Shown in pieces: positions 51,138-64,000 of a stretch of DNA of 64,000 nt. Origin of the DNA: Octopus sinensis (Eukaryota); assembly GCF_006345805.1 (NCBI RefSeq), contig NC_042998.1, positions 32,054,001-32,118,000 on the forward strand, given 5' to 3'. The notes beneath the pieces were generated by a model. The model was not told the DNA's origin, ran no database searches, and saw only the letters and a program-made list of their open reading frames with translations. The stretch's first letter is position 1. The number at the start of each line of letters is the position of its first letter. Position numbers and translations under genes: made by a program.

Positions 51138-51635
51138 TTTTAAACCAACATTATTATTACAAATATGGTTGCAGGTTCCGCAAAATACTAGATTTCCTTT
51201 TCAGTCTTGTTTCCTTTCTTAAACATTGAAAGATTAACAGCAGTAAATGACATATTGAAGAGAAATAACGGATAAAGAAAAATACTCGAGGGTAATGTGA
51301 GACTGGAAGATATAGTTGAAAAGATCGAAGGGAAACGCATGGAATTAATGAATTTAATAGTTTTAAATAAACAATTCACTAAAATTAGCTATTCTTCATT
51401 AACATTTTCCTACTGTTTATATTTCCAGTCTGAACTAAAAAGAATCGATAAAAATGAAAGCGGGAACGACTGGGATTTGTATTACATATTTCCCAATTGA
51501 ATTATTTTACTTGTAAGTATGTTAGACTCAAAATAGATTTCTAAATGGATATACGATGAGTAAATTTTGAATCACTTCCATTGTTTTCCTTCTTTGTTCG
51601 GATAATATATTAGCGTATGTTTATGCCTATTCAAA

Positions 51636-51701
<66 letters not shown>

Positions 51702-51936
51702 GCACACACATTATGTATAAACTTTTTCGATGAAAAGATTATCAGTGACTTCGAAGTTTTGGCTTTCAAAATCACCCGAAGGTGAAGTTGCCGAAGCTTT
51801 GAATCTATTGTCATCTATTTTTTGTTCTTAAAAATTAGTATGTATTTGTGTATTTCCCCAAAAATATTGAGTAATAATTCAGTTTCGTGTTAAATTGTTT
51901 TTATATAAAACAAGACATAAAACAAATATTAATATA

Positions 51937-52750
51937 CAGGGTTTGGACAAAATGAAACAAACACCTTAACATTTCAAACAAATTTATATTAACATGGAGT
52001 TGGACCGCCTTTGGCAGTAATTACAGCTTGAATTCTACGAGGCATGGACTCGTACAAAGTTTGAATTGCTTCCGAAGGAATTTTAGTCCATTCTTCAGCT
52101 AAAACAGTCTCCAGTTTTTGTAGTGATGATGGTGGAGGATATCGACTCCTTACTTGTTTTTCTAGAATGCACCATAAATGTTTAATAATATTGAGATCTG
52201 GGGACTGTGGTGGCCAGATAAGATGTGCAACTTCACTAGAGTGTTTCTTGTGCCATTCAGTAACAACTTTAGCTGTGTGAATTGGAGCATTATCAGCCCG
52301 AAAGATTGCGTTTCCCTCCGGAAACAGTTCCGCAACCGTAGGATGAATTTGATCAGATTAAATGCTTAAATAGTCTTGACTATTAATTCTGCTATAAACG
52401 GAAACCATTGCGCCGTCGGATTTCGAAGATATAGCCCACCCACCCCGCCAGATCATCACAGATCCTCCTATATCTTTAACAGTTGGAAGAAGTCAGTCTG
52501 TGTCAAATGCTTCTTTTGGCTCTCTCCACACGTATACTCGGCCGGCGTATACTCCACACGTATACTCGGAAATAAGGTAAAGGATGACTCGTCCAAGAAA
52601 ATAACATTCTTCCACTGATCTTCGGACCAACTATGTAGGTTTTTACTCCACTCTAAACGCTTTGCAACATTTGTTTTTGAAAGTAGTGGTTTTCTGATTC
52701 ATTCTCTGATGTGAATTCTGCTCTTGTGTGGTGCTTTTTAAGATTTTTTG
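51937..52750 (-). mobile_element. Tc1-type transposon 3' half, decayed
   Basis: HLIWPPQSPDLNIIKHLWCILEKQVR...EEWTKIP...LYESMPRRIQAVITAKGGPTPC*; catalytic Glu position reads Lys; TA|cagggtttggacaa terminus at 51935-51950. Confidence 0.88.
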
Positions 52751-53150
52751 GTTGGCATTTACTATTCCGTTAGGGGCTTTCACAATCAGATTTTTCATTT
52801 TAGGGCTTTGTAGGAATATAGGTAAGTTCGATTTTATGGCATGAAAGATGTTGTTTATCGTGTGTTCATAATAATTTTTTCCTTATTTATCCTAATCCCT
52901 CCCCTTCCTCTCTCTACTATCTATCTGTCTATCTATTTCCACTGTCCTGGAACTTCACCCTAAAAATCAAAAAACAAAAACCATGTTCTCTTCTAAAGAA
53001 AACAAAAAAGAACACCTGATTTATATAAATGAATAAACTGTTAGCACATTCACAATTTTATTTGACAAGTTCGAAGACGAACGAAAGCGCTAATAATAAT
53101 GACTAGCTAAAAAATTATTTTTCCCAAATTCTGGCGACCGCCTCTTTTTT

Positions 53151-53195
<45 letters not shown>

Positions 53196-53200
53196 ATATA

Positions 53201-53661
<461 letters not shown>

Positions 53662-54118
53662 CGAGAACGGAGTTAGTGGAGCAAGAACACACGCAGAAAC
53701 GAAAAGTATCGCTGAAAAGTTCACAGATGTTTGACGAAACATTTCCGAACACTGAACAGGCACTAAAATAATAAAATAACAGTAATAAACGAGTGAAGAA
53801 AAAAAAATATACTACGTGTGTTTATTTGGAAAAAATAAAGACTAATAGTAATAAATAAAATGACCGTCCCGAAGTACAACAATATGTGTGTGCGCGCGCG
53901 TGCTATAATTTATGCTGTTGTAATTGCACTAGGACGACTCTGATCGTTCCAATCTATGTCTGAAGGTATTTCAGCCTTGACTATCCCCTCCTGTGGGGCG
54001 TAATATACCTAGGAGCATAGTACCCAATACATCCACCGATAATATTGTAAACATCACTTTCAAAATCTAATTAATCAATAAAGTAATTACGCTCGTCAAA
54101 ATATACAAATGTGTGCCT

Positions 54119-54149
<31 letters not shown>

Positions 54150-54534
54150 TGAGAAACAGAGAGACATATTGGTTGAAAAATAAAAAAAAAATACGGTGGC
54201 CTTTCTCTCTTCTTTGTTTCTCTGTAAAATTGCACAAAGGTTTATTGCATAAAACATAACGGACAAAACTTTATTGTTGCAAATGTAACGTTGATATTTT
54301 GTGGATCGTTATTTATGAATGTGTATGAACTGTTTAATGCACTCAGCCGCAACGGTATATACCCTGTCGATCAAACTCGCCATCATGTTCACAAACACAC
54401 CAGCCACCAACGCATCTTCTTTCGTTTCAAACCAATTAGACGCCGACCATGCCACGTCCCCATCCATCACTACCAAAGAATCCACCCAATGTTAGGTTTT
54501 ATCCTCACCAAACCCTCTATAGTTCTTCCTTTTT

Positions 54535-54615
<81 letters not shown>

Positions 54616-54759
54616 CATGTATATATATATAATGTAGGATAAAACGTTTTCGAAAAACATTTTTATCAATGGCCAGCATATTAAAAAATACCTTTATAGG
54701 TTAAAATTATAAACAACTTTATAAGTCATATATATATATATATACCATTCTATGTAAGC

Positions 54760-55980
54760 ATGCCACTTTATGCTGCCTACCTTAGGAGGGCGAACACGTA
54801 CTCTGATACCTCTCAATGCACTCCTAACATCTCAAACGTGAAGGAAACACCAATTATCAACAAATCTCATGAACGTGACTCTTTCTTCCTCATTAACGAC
54901 TTTAGTAAAGCAACCTTCATAACACCACCTCAAGAAGCATCCCATCTATGTCATTACCCATCTAAATCTTCTATGTCATCTATATCATCTATGTCATAGA
55001 GGCCTATCCGTCTGCATCACTAAAACGAAGACAAATAAAGCTAGTGCTGTGGCAACTGAAACCGTAAAGATTATGTCCCGCGCATGAACTAGCAAAACTA
55101 CCAACAACAGACTTTATCCCTCTCTCGTCTGTAACATTAGGAGCTTCCTAATAAATCGCACCATTGCGGCGTGTGCTGATCGAACTCCTTCTGAATCACA
55201 CCCGATCAGCGCTAGTGTGCCTCAAGATTCGGCTTTTCCTTTATACACAACATTTAATACACCGACGAGCGAAAGGCAAAACAAAACAAATCACCTTTGC
55301 CGACACTTATTCATCATTTACACTAAAAGGGGGGGGGGGCTCATCCACATGCATCTTAGACACTCTTCATGTCTAATTTGTACTAACTCTATGAACAAAG
55401 ACATCAAAAATGTTTTCCAATAGGGTTAAACCAATAACCTTCCTCCAATATTACAATACACATATGAGAAAAAAAGCGATAGTGTAACACCTAACTGTGA
55501 TTAGTATACCAATTGAACTCTTAGCACCATTGCATTCGCTATGCTCTATTGTGGCGGTCATATCCCTCACCACACAGGCTAATTTTCCTCTTCAGATAGA
55601 AAATATTCACCTCTGTCTCATTTTGTAAAGCTCTACAAAGTTAAAATGGGACACACAAAGGAGTACTCCTCTGACAGTTGTGGAAATGTTGTTCTTACAC
55701 ACTAATACTCCAAAGCGAATCCTCCTCACAAATACCACCAAACTAATTGGTATTTATTCACTCACGGACTCACTTTCTCTTCTTCATTACTTTTCTATCG
55801 CTTCAGGAATCTCTGCTGATCTAACAGGCCACACGCAAGCTTCACTCAGACAGCCTTCTTTTCCGGCTTTCAAATCTGAATTTTTGACAACGTGACTCAT
55901 ACACTTTGCACTACAACGAGTACTTCCTTCAACGAACGTGGATTCACTGAATTTCTTTTTTATCAAAACTTCTGACAATA
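54760..55980 (+). mobile_element. Heavily decayed CR1/Jockey-like LINE RT region
   Basis: SVPQDSAFPLY at ~55213-55245 (cf. GVPQGSVLGPLLF) plus weak downstream traces; many stops. Confidence 0.4.
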
Positions 55981-57850
55981 TGTAATTATTGAAAACGAAG
56001 ATTAAAATGTTAATCTCAATATATACACACCTACGTTTGCTCTGGGTATGAAAAGGACATTCTGATCCGAAATTTCAAATCAGTCCCTTAATACGCTTGG
56101 GTAATATTATATGAATTTCCATTATTTCCAAAAATAGTATCAAAATGATATGACATTAAAATTTCTGCGTTGACAGGAGTATATTTAGAATTTCTTAATC
56201 TCTCTCCATCCATATTCACAAATAATATTTACTAAATTGAAGAAGTAAAAAGTTAATATGCAGCGATTATCCAAATAAGGCTGAAGTACAAGAAAATGTG
56301 ACTCAATTCAGGATTAAGATTAGATTACAAGTTGCATGTCATTGCACTCTAAGCTGGATATCAATCGTAAATATAGGTTAACGTCGTTTTCTATAGCAAC
56401 ATTTTTGATATTATTTTTGTGCATTCGTCAGAATTTATTTTTGTATTTATTCTTAAAGATACATGTGTCAGTGAAATGATACGAAGAAAGTTTCTCTTTG
56501 ATCAGGTTAAAGATCGATTCAAACGTCCCTTACAAAATCCGAACTAAGAACGAGCAATATGGAGATTTTATATTCAGCCGTCAACGAATACAGACGTGGA
56601 GGCATATTTTGTTTAAAACGTTCATTATGCTTGGTAACAGGAAATGTGTAACCTTCATCGATAAGTAGAAATAAACATAACAGGGAGAAAGAAAAGAGAA
56701 GAGAGGGGGGAGAGAAGTATAATAAAAGAATAAAATGGTGGGTGTTATATATTTCCTCTTACAGTTATGACAAGATTGATATCGATAGCTTGGCTGCCCC
56801 ATCTACCATGATGTTACATTTAAAAATTTTAGTTTTGGTATTTAAACATCGTCTTTTCCATTTATACATTCCTGAAGCATAAATTATTCATTTGATCTCG
56901 GTTGCTTTTCTGTTTGCATGTCGTGGGGAGTCGAGTCGATTATGGTGTTGAAAAGACGCAAATGGACAACACGAGCGTGTTATCTACTTTATGAAGACAT
57001 CTGAAAGCAGACGGAAACATGAGACAAGATATTCAGTTCGGACACATTCAGTTAAAAGTGTGGTAATCAGTACAGACGCAAATCTGTTTAACTAGCATTT
57101 CAATGTTCTTGTAATATTTGAGGTGTTAACTGCACCAATTAAGATAATTATGAACGAGGTTATGAATCGGTTGTCAGCTCGCAAATTGACATTTAGCTGT
57201 TCTACAAGGAATTATTAAAATTTCCATCACGAATTGAAGTGATAGACATCAACAAGGAATTATTTCTAAACACATCGCTTGTAGAGTAAATAAAACTAGT
57301 GTCTCGACTATATTTGTGCTTAATAGCGAACTGCTAGGTAGTTTCGTGAGTAAGCTGATGTAAAAAAAAAACAATTTAAATTGCTTTGTATATTGAATGA
57401 ATCTTTGCCGGATGAATGAAAGTTTTCACCGCAAATTAAATGCTGTTTGGTGGGCTTAATTATTTTCTTTATGTTCACTAATTAAAACACTTCAGCCGAA
57501 GAAACCTCCTAAAATATCCTTTGACAATTTGTGGCTTTAGGCGATTCCAAAGAATTACTCTGGGTGAATGTTTCGTATCTGAAGCATTTTCTGAATTATA
57601 TATTAACGTTTACCTCGATACAACATGTTTTCGATTTCAAGAAGAGTAATTCTTATTTTTACCAAGGAACATGTGCAAGACTTTGCTAACATTTATCAGC
57701 ATATTTCGAATTACATCAAAAGATTTAACAGATTTATTTTTTTTGCAACTACTTAAATATAAACGCCAAACACGGATTGATCTAAATATCATTTGTCAAG
57801 CAAATATTTTGATAAAATAGGAAAATCATCAACAAATCATCAATCCTTTA

Positions 57851-58163
57851 TACATTATTTACATTTGACGGATATTTGTCCTCATCTTGTTTGTTGTTAA
57901 CACAATGTTTCGGCAGATATACCTTCCAGCCTTCATCAGGTGTCTTGGGTAAATTTCGAGCCTGGGTTCTCATTCCTAAGGTATTTTTCGATGTTGTTGT
58001 TATTATTATTATCATCATCATCATCATTATTATTATTATTATTATTATTATCATTATTATTACTATTATTATTATTATTATTATTATTCAGATCACTGTC
58101 GGGAATCGAACTCGGAATCTTGGGGTTAATAGCACGCGCTCTTAACCACTACGTCATATGCCC
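57851..58163 (-). mobile_element. Composite element: tRNA-derived head + (AAT/GAT)n + pseudo-LTR-like tail with hammerhead
   Basis: Head 58163-58089 (tgacgtagtggtt A box, gagttcgattccc B box), microsatellite ~58088-57990, tail with gacac-CTGATGA-a-ggctg..ctgcc-GAAA-catt-gtgtt. Confidence 0.75.
57899..57944 (-). ncRNA. Minimal type I hammerhead, canonical CUGAUGA core, slightly decayed
   Basis: Stem I gacac/gtgtt; stem II ggctg/ctgcc with one T:T mismatch; stem III ACAT (probably decayed from palindromic ACGT); predicted cut between 57904 and 57903. Confidence 0.6.
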
Positions 58164-58165
58164 AC

Positions 58166-58260
58166 GGGTATATGGCGTGTGTTAACAACGAACAAGATGA
58201 GGATAAATATCTGTCAATTGTAAATAATGTACATAATTCCTCATCTCTCAAATATAGAAC
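58166..58260 (+). repeat. Inverted partial duplicate of the composite element (13-nt head start plus post-cleavage tail)
   Basis: 58166-58178 is the inverse of 58151-58163 (2 transitions); 58179-58231 is the inverse of 57851-57903 (49/53). Confidence 0.85.
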
Positions 58261-58332
58261 AGTAAAAACATTTTATACTTAACTTCTATTTCCAATCGTG
58301 ATAGCTTAGAATTTATTTATTTCAATCACACA

Positions 58333-58384
<52 letters not shown>

Positions 58385-58418
58385 ATATATATATATATAT
58401 ATATTCATCTATCTATCT

Positions 58419-58485
<67 letters not shown>

Positions 58486-58573
58486 ATATATATATATCTA
58501 TATATATCTATCTATCTCTCTCTCTCTCTCTATCTCTCTTTCTCTATATATATATAATATATATATATATATA

Positions 58574-58639
<66 letters not shown>

Positions 58640-58904
58640 AATTAGAAAAAAAAACATATTTTTTAACCAGAATATATTTGTTAAGATATTTCGTATTTTA
58701 CAAGATTATTTACGTATATTTATTAATTTATCTAATGAATTATTTTATTATTGTTGTTATCTTTAACCTGAAGAGTGGCTATATTTATATTGGAGTGATT
58801 TTACTACTACTACTATTATTTTTATGCAAATTTATATTGATATATATATATATATATATATAATATATATATATGCATAAAATGCTTATCTATGCATATA
58901 TGTG

Positions 58905-58944
<40 letters not shown>

Positions 58945-59681
58945 ATACAATTATAAATATATATATACCATACAATAAGATATTATGATAATATATTCAC
59001 ATATCAAAATATATTAAATACATTATAATATAAGTGGTTATAGCAATTAAAACCAAGGAGGCAAAATCAATAAATGAGGTTGTCATATATATCCCACTAT
59101 TTCCCACTCGTTTATCTCCCCTGTGCCTTTCTCTTTGTTTCTGACTCTTTTCTAATCCTTCAACCCCGCTGCCCCCTACCCATCTCTCCTTCCACGTGAC
59201 CGGCGTCTTTCATTCTTGGCCTGACTGCCGCATGCCAACACCTCTTATGTCTATCTCCTACGTTCCTGCCTTTAGGCTTTCACTTTATACACGCCAGCTT
59301 AATTTGAATCGTTCTCAGTCGAAAGACGCCTGTTGGTATTTCTTGTTGATGTATTCGTAACTATGTACCATGTTCTCCGTCTATTTTTGGTCCTAATTGC
59401 CGTACACATGCGCTAGCTTTCTTACAAAGGGGTCTAATGCTCTTAGCTTAGTCTTTTTGGGAGTCAACCAGATCGAACGATCTCAAGGGTAACTGCCCCA
59501 AATGTTCTGGCACTTTCCTTTTTGCCTGTCCTTCTTATTGTTGTTTCTCTTGTCCGCCTTTGTGTTGTCGATATGTCCGAACGTTTTAATGTCCTCTATT
59601 GCGTTTTTGTTCCATTTCTATATTGTATATATTATATATATTATGTATTATATATATATATATTTATATAATATATATATA

Positions 59682-59761
<80 letters not shown>

Positions 59762-59802
59762 CATACATACATACAATAATACATACATACATATAAGTAC
59801 AT

Positions 59803-59833
<31 letters not shown>

Positions 59834-60488
59834 GTCATTCGTAATTAGGAGTATAAGTTAGAATCATTATTTCCCAATCTCTATTTCTACACAACATATG
59901 CATCATGCATACATAATTATACCCAAAACACAGAGTATATTTATATTTACTTTCGGTGCGACGGTAGCTACGCTTGCAAGCCGGCCTATAAAACAAAGTC
60001 ATATTCGCCTCACATATAGATAGACGATTATTTGTTTTTTAATACACTTCAGTATCAGTGCATTTTATATGAAATTAAATCAATCTCGTTCTTGAGACTT
60101 GCTGCTTGCAAACTTTTCATTATAAAACTATATCAACAAATGACCCGAAACTAAAGTACATGATATATAGTTTATGTTTCTAGTCATATGTTGCGATGGA
60201 GCTGCGTCAAGATTCTGGTCTATATTGTGGATAATATAATTTAGATATTTGACAGCAAGGATGCGGTTTTCATAAGCTAATGCAAATTTGTGGACAATCT
60301 AATTATGCGATATGATGTGAATGAAGCTTGTTAAAGACTGCATATTGAATGCTATCCTAATTCCAATAACCCTGAAGCAATGAGTCATTACTATTTTATT
60401 TATCTCTGACACCCTCATATACATATATGTATGTGTGTGTGTATACTTTACATACATACGTACATATATATATACATATATATATTCA

Positions 60489-60524
<36 letters not shown>

Positions 60525-60591
60525 CATATATATATATGTGTGTATATATATACATATATGTTTAATACGTGCATATAGGTGTATATCTATT

Positions 60592-60629
<38 letters not shown>

Positions 60630-61299
60630 CTATATATATATATATATATATATATGCATGTATATATGTATATATATATATATGCAAACAAGTATGTATA
60701 TATGTGTATATATTTATATATGCTTACAGGTAATTAACTAGGAACCTGAATGGGGATTTCTTTACGTGTGACTTCAAACCCCCCTCCCCACAATATATAT
60801 ATATATGCATATAGATATATAGATGTGTGTATTTTTATTTGTGTTTGTCTCCCAACACCACTTAACAATCGTTGTTGGTTTGATTACGTCCCCGTAACCT
60901 AGCAGTTCAGTATAAGGGACCGACAGAAAAAGTACAAGACTTAAAATTAAGAACTGCAGTCAATTTGTGTGACTAATGCCTTGAAGGCGGTCTTCCATTT
61001 GAGCCGTAGTCTAATGACTGAAATAAGTCGAGGATTCCCAGAACGGGAATCATATAATGATAACCGATTTTTTTTCATTTTCAATTTTTTCATTTTTCTG
61101 ACGCTTTTTGGACACTTTTGTACTTTTCTGTAGCCTTGGTATTTTGATGGTAACATTATGTGTTGTTTAAATTCTCTCATAGGTGCCACCAAATTTAATA
61201 TGATTTTAATAGATATTTATAATTACATTGCTTTCTTAGTTTCAGCAAACTACCAGTGAGTATTTGGTTCATTACGTGCAGACCATATCTACGACTGTA

Positions 61300-61925
61300 A
61301 AGCGACGATCTGGCAGAAACGTTCGCACGCCAGGCGAAATGCTTAGCGGTATTTCGTCTGTCGTTACGTTCTGAGTTCAATTTCCGCCGAGGTTGACTTT
61401 GTTTTTCATCCTTTCGGGGTCGATGAATTAAGTACCAGTTGCGTACTTGGGTCGATCTAATCGACTGGCCCTCTCCTCCAATTTTCGGGCCTGTGCCTAA
61501 ACTAGAAAACAATATGTATTAAATTAAAGGCGACAAGCTGGCAGAAACTTTATCACGCCGGGCGAAATTCTTAGCGGTATTCCGTCAGTCGTTACGTTCT
61601 GAGTTCTGAGGTCGATAAAATTAAGTACCAGTTACGCACTAGGGTCGATGTAATCGACTTAATCCCTTTGTCTGTCCTTGTTTGTCCTCACTGTATGTAG
61701 GCCTTTGTGGGCAATAAACAAAATAAGAAACGTTAGCACGCTGGGCGAAATGCTTAGCGGTATTTCGTCTGCCGTTTCTTTCTGAGTTGAAATTCCGCCG
61801 AGGTTGACTTTGCCTTTCATCCTTTCAGAGTCGATAAATTAAGTACCATTTGCGTACTGGCCTCAATCTAATCGACTGGGTCCCGTCCCTCAAAATTTCG
61901 GGCCTTGTGCCTAGAGTAGAAAAGA
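61300..61925 (+). mobile_element. Cluster of three SINE-A units
   Basis: Units ~61300-61503, ~61528-61720 (internal deletion) and ~61725-61925; two tail types. Confidence 0.85.
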
Positions 61926-62279
61926 ATATCCACAACTGTAAATCACTTCATTTCATATTTTGTTCAGTGTATATATTGAAAAATTCTATCACACTTTACA
62001 ATAAGAAGTGATATAACCAATTATATTTTAAAGTGATTTATGGCCTTTGATCTGCTTTTATCTTCTTTGTAATTCAATCAACATAATAATACTGTTCTCG
62101 TTTCCGCTTTGTATTAACTCTTCATTTATGTATTCATTGTGTTACAAGAATATTTGAAGCTAGTTTTCTATTGGTTTTAAGACCATAAACCATTCTTATA
62201 TAATACGTGAAACTGTGGTTTCCTGCTTATAAATATATATATCTATGTTTGTACGTATGTATGTATATATATACACACA

Positions 62280-62392
62280 CTCGACTCGAGGCTATAGTAG
62301 AATACTCTTGCCCAAGGTGCAACGCAGTGGGACTGAAACCTGGAACATAGTGGTTGGTAAGCAAGCTACTTATCACAGAGCCACTCCTGCGC
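62280..62392 (-). mobile_element. tRNA-derived SINE head plus start of central domain (third SINE family)
   Basis: Minus strand gcaggagtggctctgtgataagtagc...ccaggtttcagtccc...ccttgggcaag. Confidence 0.6.
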
Positions 62393-62398
62393 ATTTAT

Positions 62399-62442
<44 letters not shown>

Positions 62443-62611
62443 TCATATGGGGTGAGTGTATGTGGACGTGAGGGTGTGGGTGCTGGGTGCATGTGTGTGT
62501 GAGGGCGTGTGAGCGTTTGTGTGTGTGCGTGTGTGGGCGAGTGGGCTTGTGTTTGTGTGTGAGTGTGTGGGCATATGTGTGTGTGTGTGCAGTGAAACTT
62601 ATTCTTTAACC

Positions 62612-62665
62612 GCGATCCTATGACCGCCAGTCCGCTGCTCTAAACCACTGGGTCATTTCGCCTCC
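62612..62665 (-). mobile_element. Isolated SINE-B-like tRNA head
   Basis: ggaggcgaaatgacccagtggtttagagcagcggactggcggtcataggatcgcg; retains the 5' bases missing from the two SINE-B copies. Confidence 0.55.
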
Positions 62666-63330
62666 ACACACACTGATACACACACACACACACACATATT
62701 ATTAATAATAAAAAGTAATCGTATAAGTGACTAGCAAGCATAAAATAACCAAAAAGGTAAAATTATTAATTTTCAATCAGGATACCAGACAGTGCACAGC
62801 ATTGCTAGAAGTAGCGGTTAAACGGCTCATGAACCAGAATAAACCACATATATACACACTGGTGAATTCGAGGAAAACAAGTATCTAAAAAGCCATCTTA
62901 CCAATATATATATTGGCATGAATGCATATAATTATGTATGCATGCTTATGTAAAAGTTTCTAATTATGTTTTGAAAACCAAAGCAAATCACGGAATAAAA
63001 CATTCATTGTGCAGGTTAAGGATTTGTTCTTCCACCTAGTATGTCGATATTTCTTGTTTTGAATGATTTCTTTAAGAAATTAACGTAGAAATAGAAAAAG
63101 TTCTGCTAGCTGATATCGCTGCTCTGGACACAGATATTTCAGAGCACCGAAATTCGTTAGCAATCCAGTTTATCCATTGCTTTCCAGGAGTTCCATAAAC
63201 CTGAAATATTAAAATATTAGGTAAAAGTTCCGATCATCAACTTTATTATTTAGTTTTTATAACTTTCATCGTTATACTTTAGGAAAATATGATTGAAAAG
63301 ATGTATATATATCAGATAATGTCTCATGAA

Positions 63331-63363
<33 letters not shown>

Positions 63364-63514
63364 TGGATAATGTATGTATGATGTATGTATATGTATGCAT
63401 GATGCATGTATGTATGTATGTATGTATGTATGTATGTATGCATGAATGCATGATGTATGTATGTATGTATGTATGTATGCATGTATGCATGTATGTATGT
63501 ATGTATGTAGTATA

Positions 63515-63845
63515 CAGTGGCGGACTGGGTCTAAAAATATTGGTTACACGGAGACTAAGGGGGCCCACCCGTAACCACAAGGACCCACCCGCAATTACAA
63601 GTGGCCCACCCGCAACCGCAATGCTATCATTTATTTATTTATTTTGTTAAAGGTATTCTTTTCAACTATCTACAAACACAGCCAAGTTAAAAAATTAATA
63701 CATTCTTCCAGGAGTGAATAAATAATTCTCAAACTTGAGGAGATAGGCCCCTTAGATACTAACACGGGACCCCATGTATGGATTCTAACGGTGCAGGAGG
63801 CCACTTGCTATCGGGCAAGCTGGTAATCTGGCCAGTCCGCCACTG
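63515..63845. mobile_element. 331-bp MITE with 14-bp TIRs (hAT-like termini)
   Basis: cagtggcggactgg (63515-63528) / ccagtccgccactg (63832-63845); three internal ~21-bp ggcccacccgcaa repeats; sits in (TATG)n; no clean 8-bp TSD. Confidence 0.75.
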
Positions 63846-63925
63846 TGTGTGTATGTATGTATGTATGGATGGATGTATGGATGTATTTACATATGTATAT
63901 GCATCTATGTATGTATATGTGTTTG

Positions 63926-63990
<65 letters not shown>

Positions 63991-64000
63991 ATGTATATGT

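Noticed and set aside
59100-59620. GC-richer island possibly encoding a gag/ORF1 remnant (minus strand)
   Set aside because: Multiple stops and no complete zinc knuckle; not supportable from sequence alone.

Overview
AT-rich eukaryotic DNA saturated with microsatellites ((TA)n, (CA)n, (TACA)n, (TTA)n, (CTA)n). The SINE families and repeat style suggest an invertebrate, most likely a cephalopod such as Octopus (inference from memory, not database-checked). No host gene can be assembled; there are only two weak candidate micro-exons. The dominant feature is a ~5.0 kb, nearly intact Penelope-like retroelement (17538-22549, +). It encodes an RT plus a C-terminal GIY-YIG endonuclease broken by a single 1-nt frameshift, has ~99% identical pseudo-LTRs, and is flanked by (TA)n on both sides. 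Each pseudo-LTR carries a minimal type I hammerhead ribozyme whose core reads GUGAACA instead of CUGANGA, i.e. a compensatory G3:C8 swap. Three other hammerhead-bearing repeat families occur. One has a canonical core (10013-10074). One has a U6-variant core (9767-9804 and 23382-23417). One is a tRNA-headed SINE-like element with a hammerhead tail whose inverted duplicate begins exactly at the predicted cleavage site (57851-58260). The rest is tRNA-derived SINEs (including multimers with a fixed junction), Tc1/mariner remnants, decayed LINEs, a MITE and several fold-back palindromes next to (TA)n. Almost all short ORFs in the supplied track are microsatellite artefacts.
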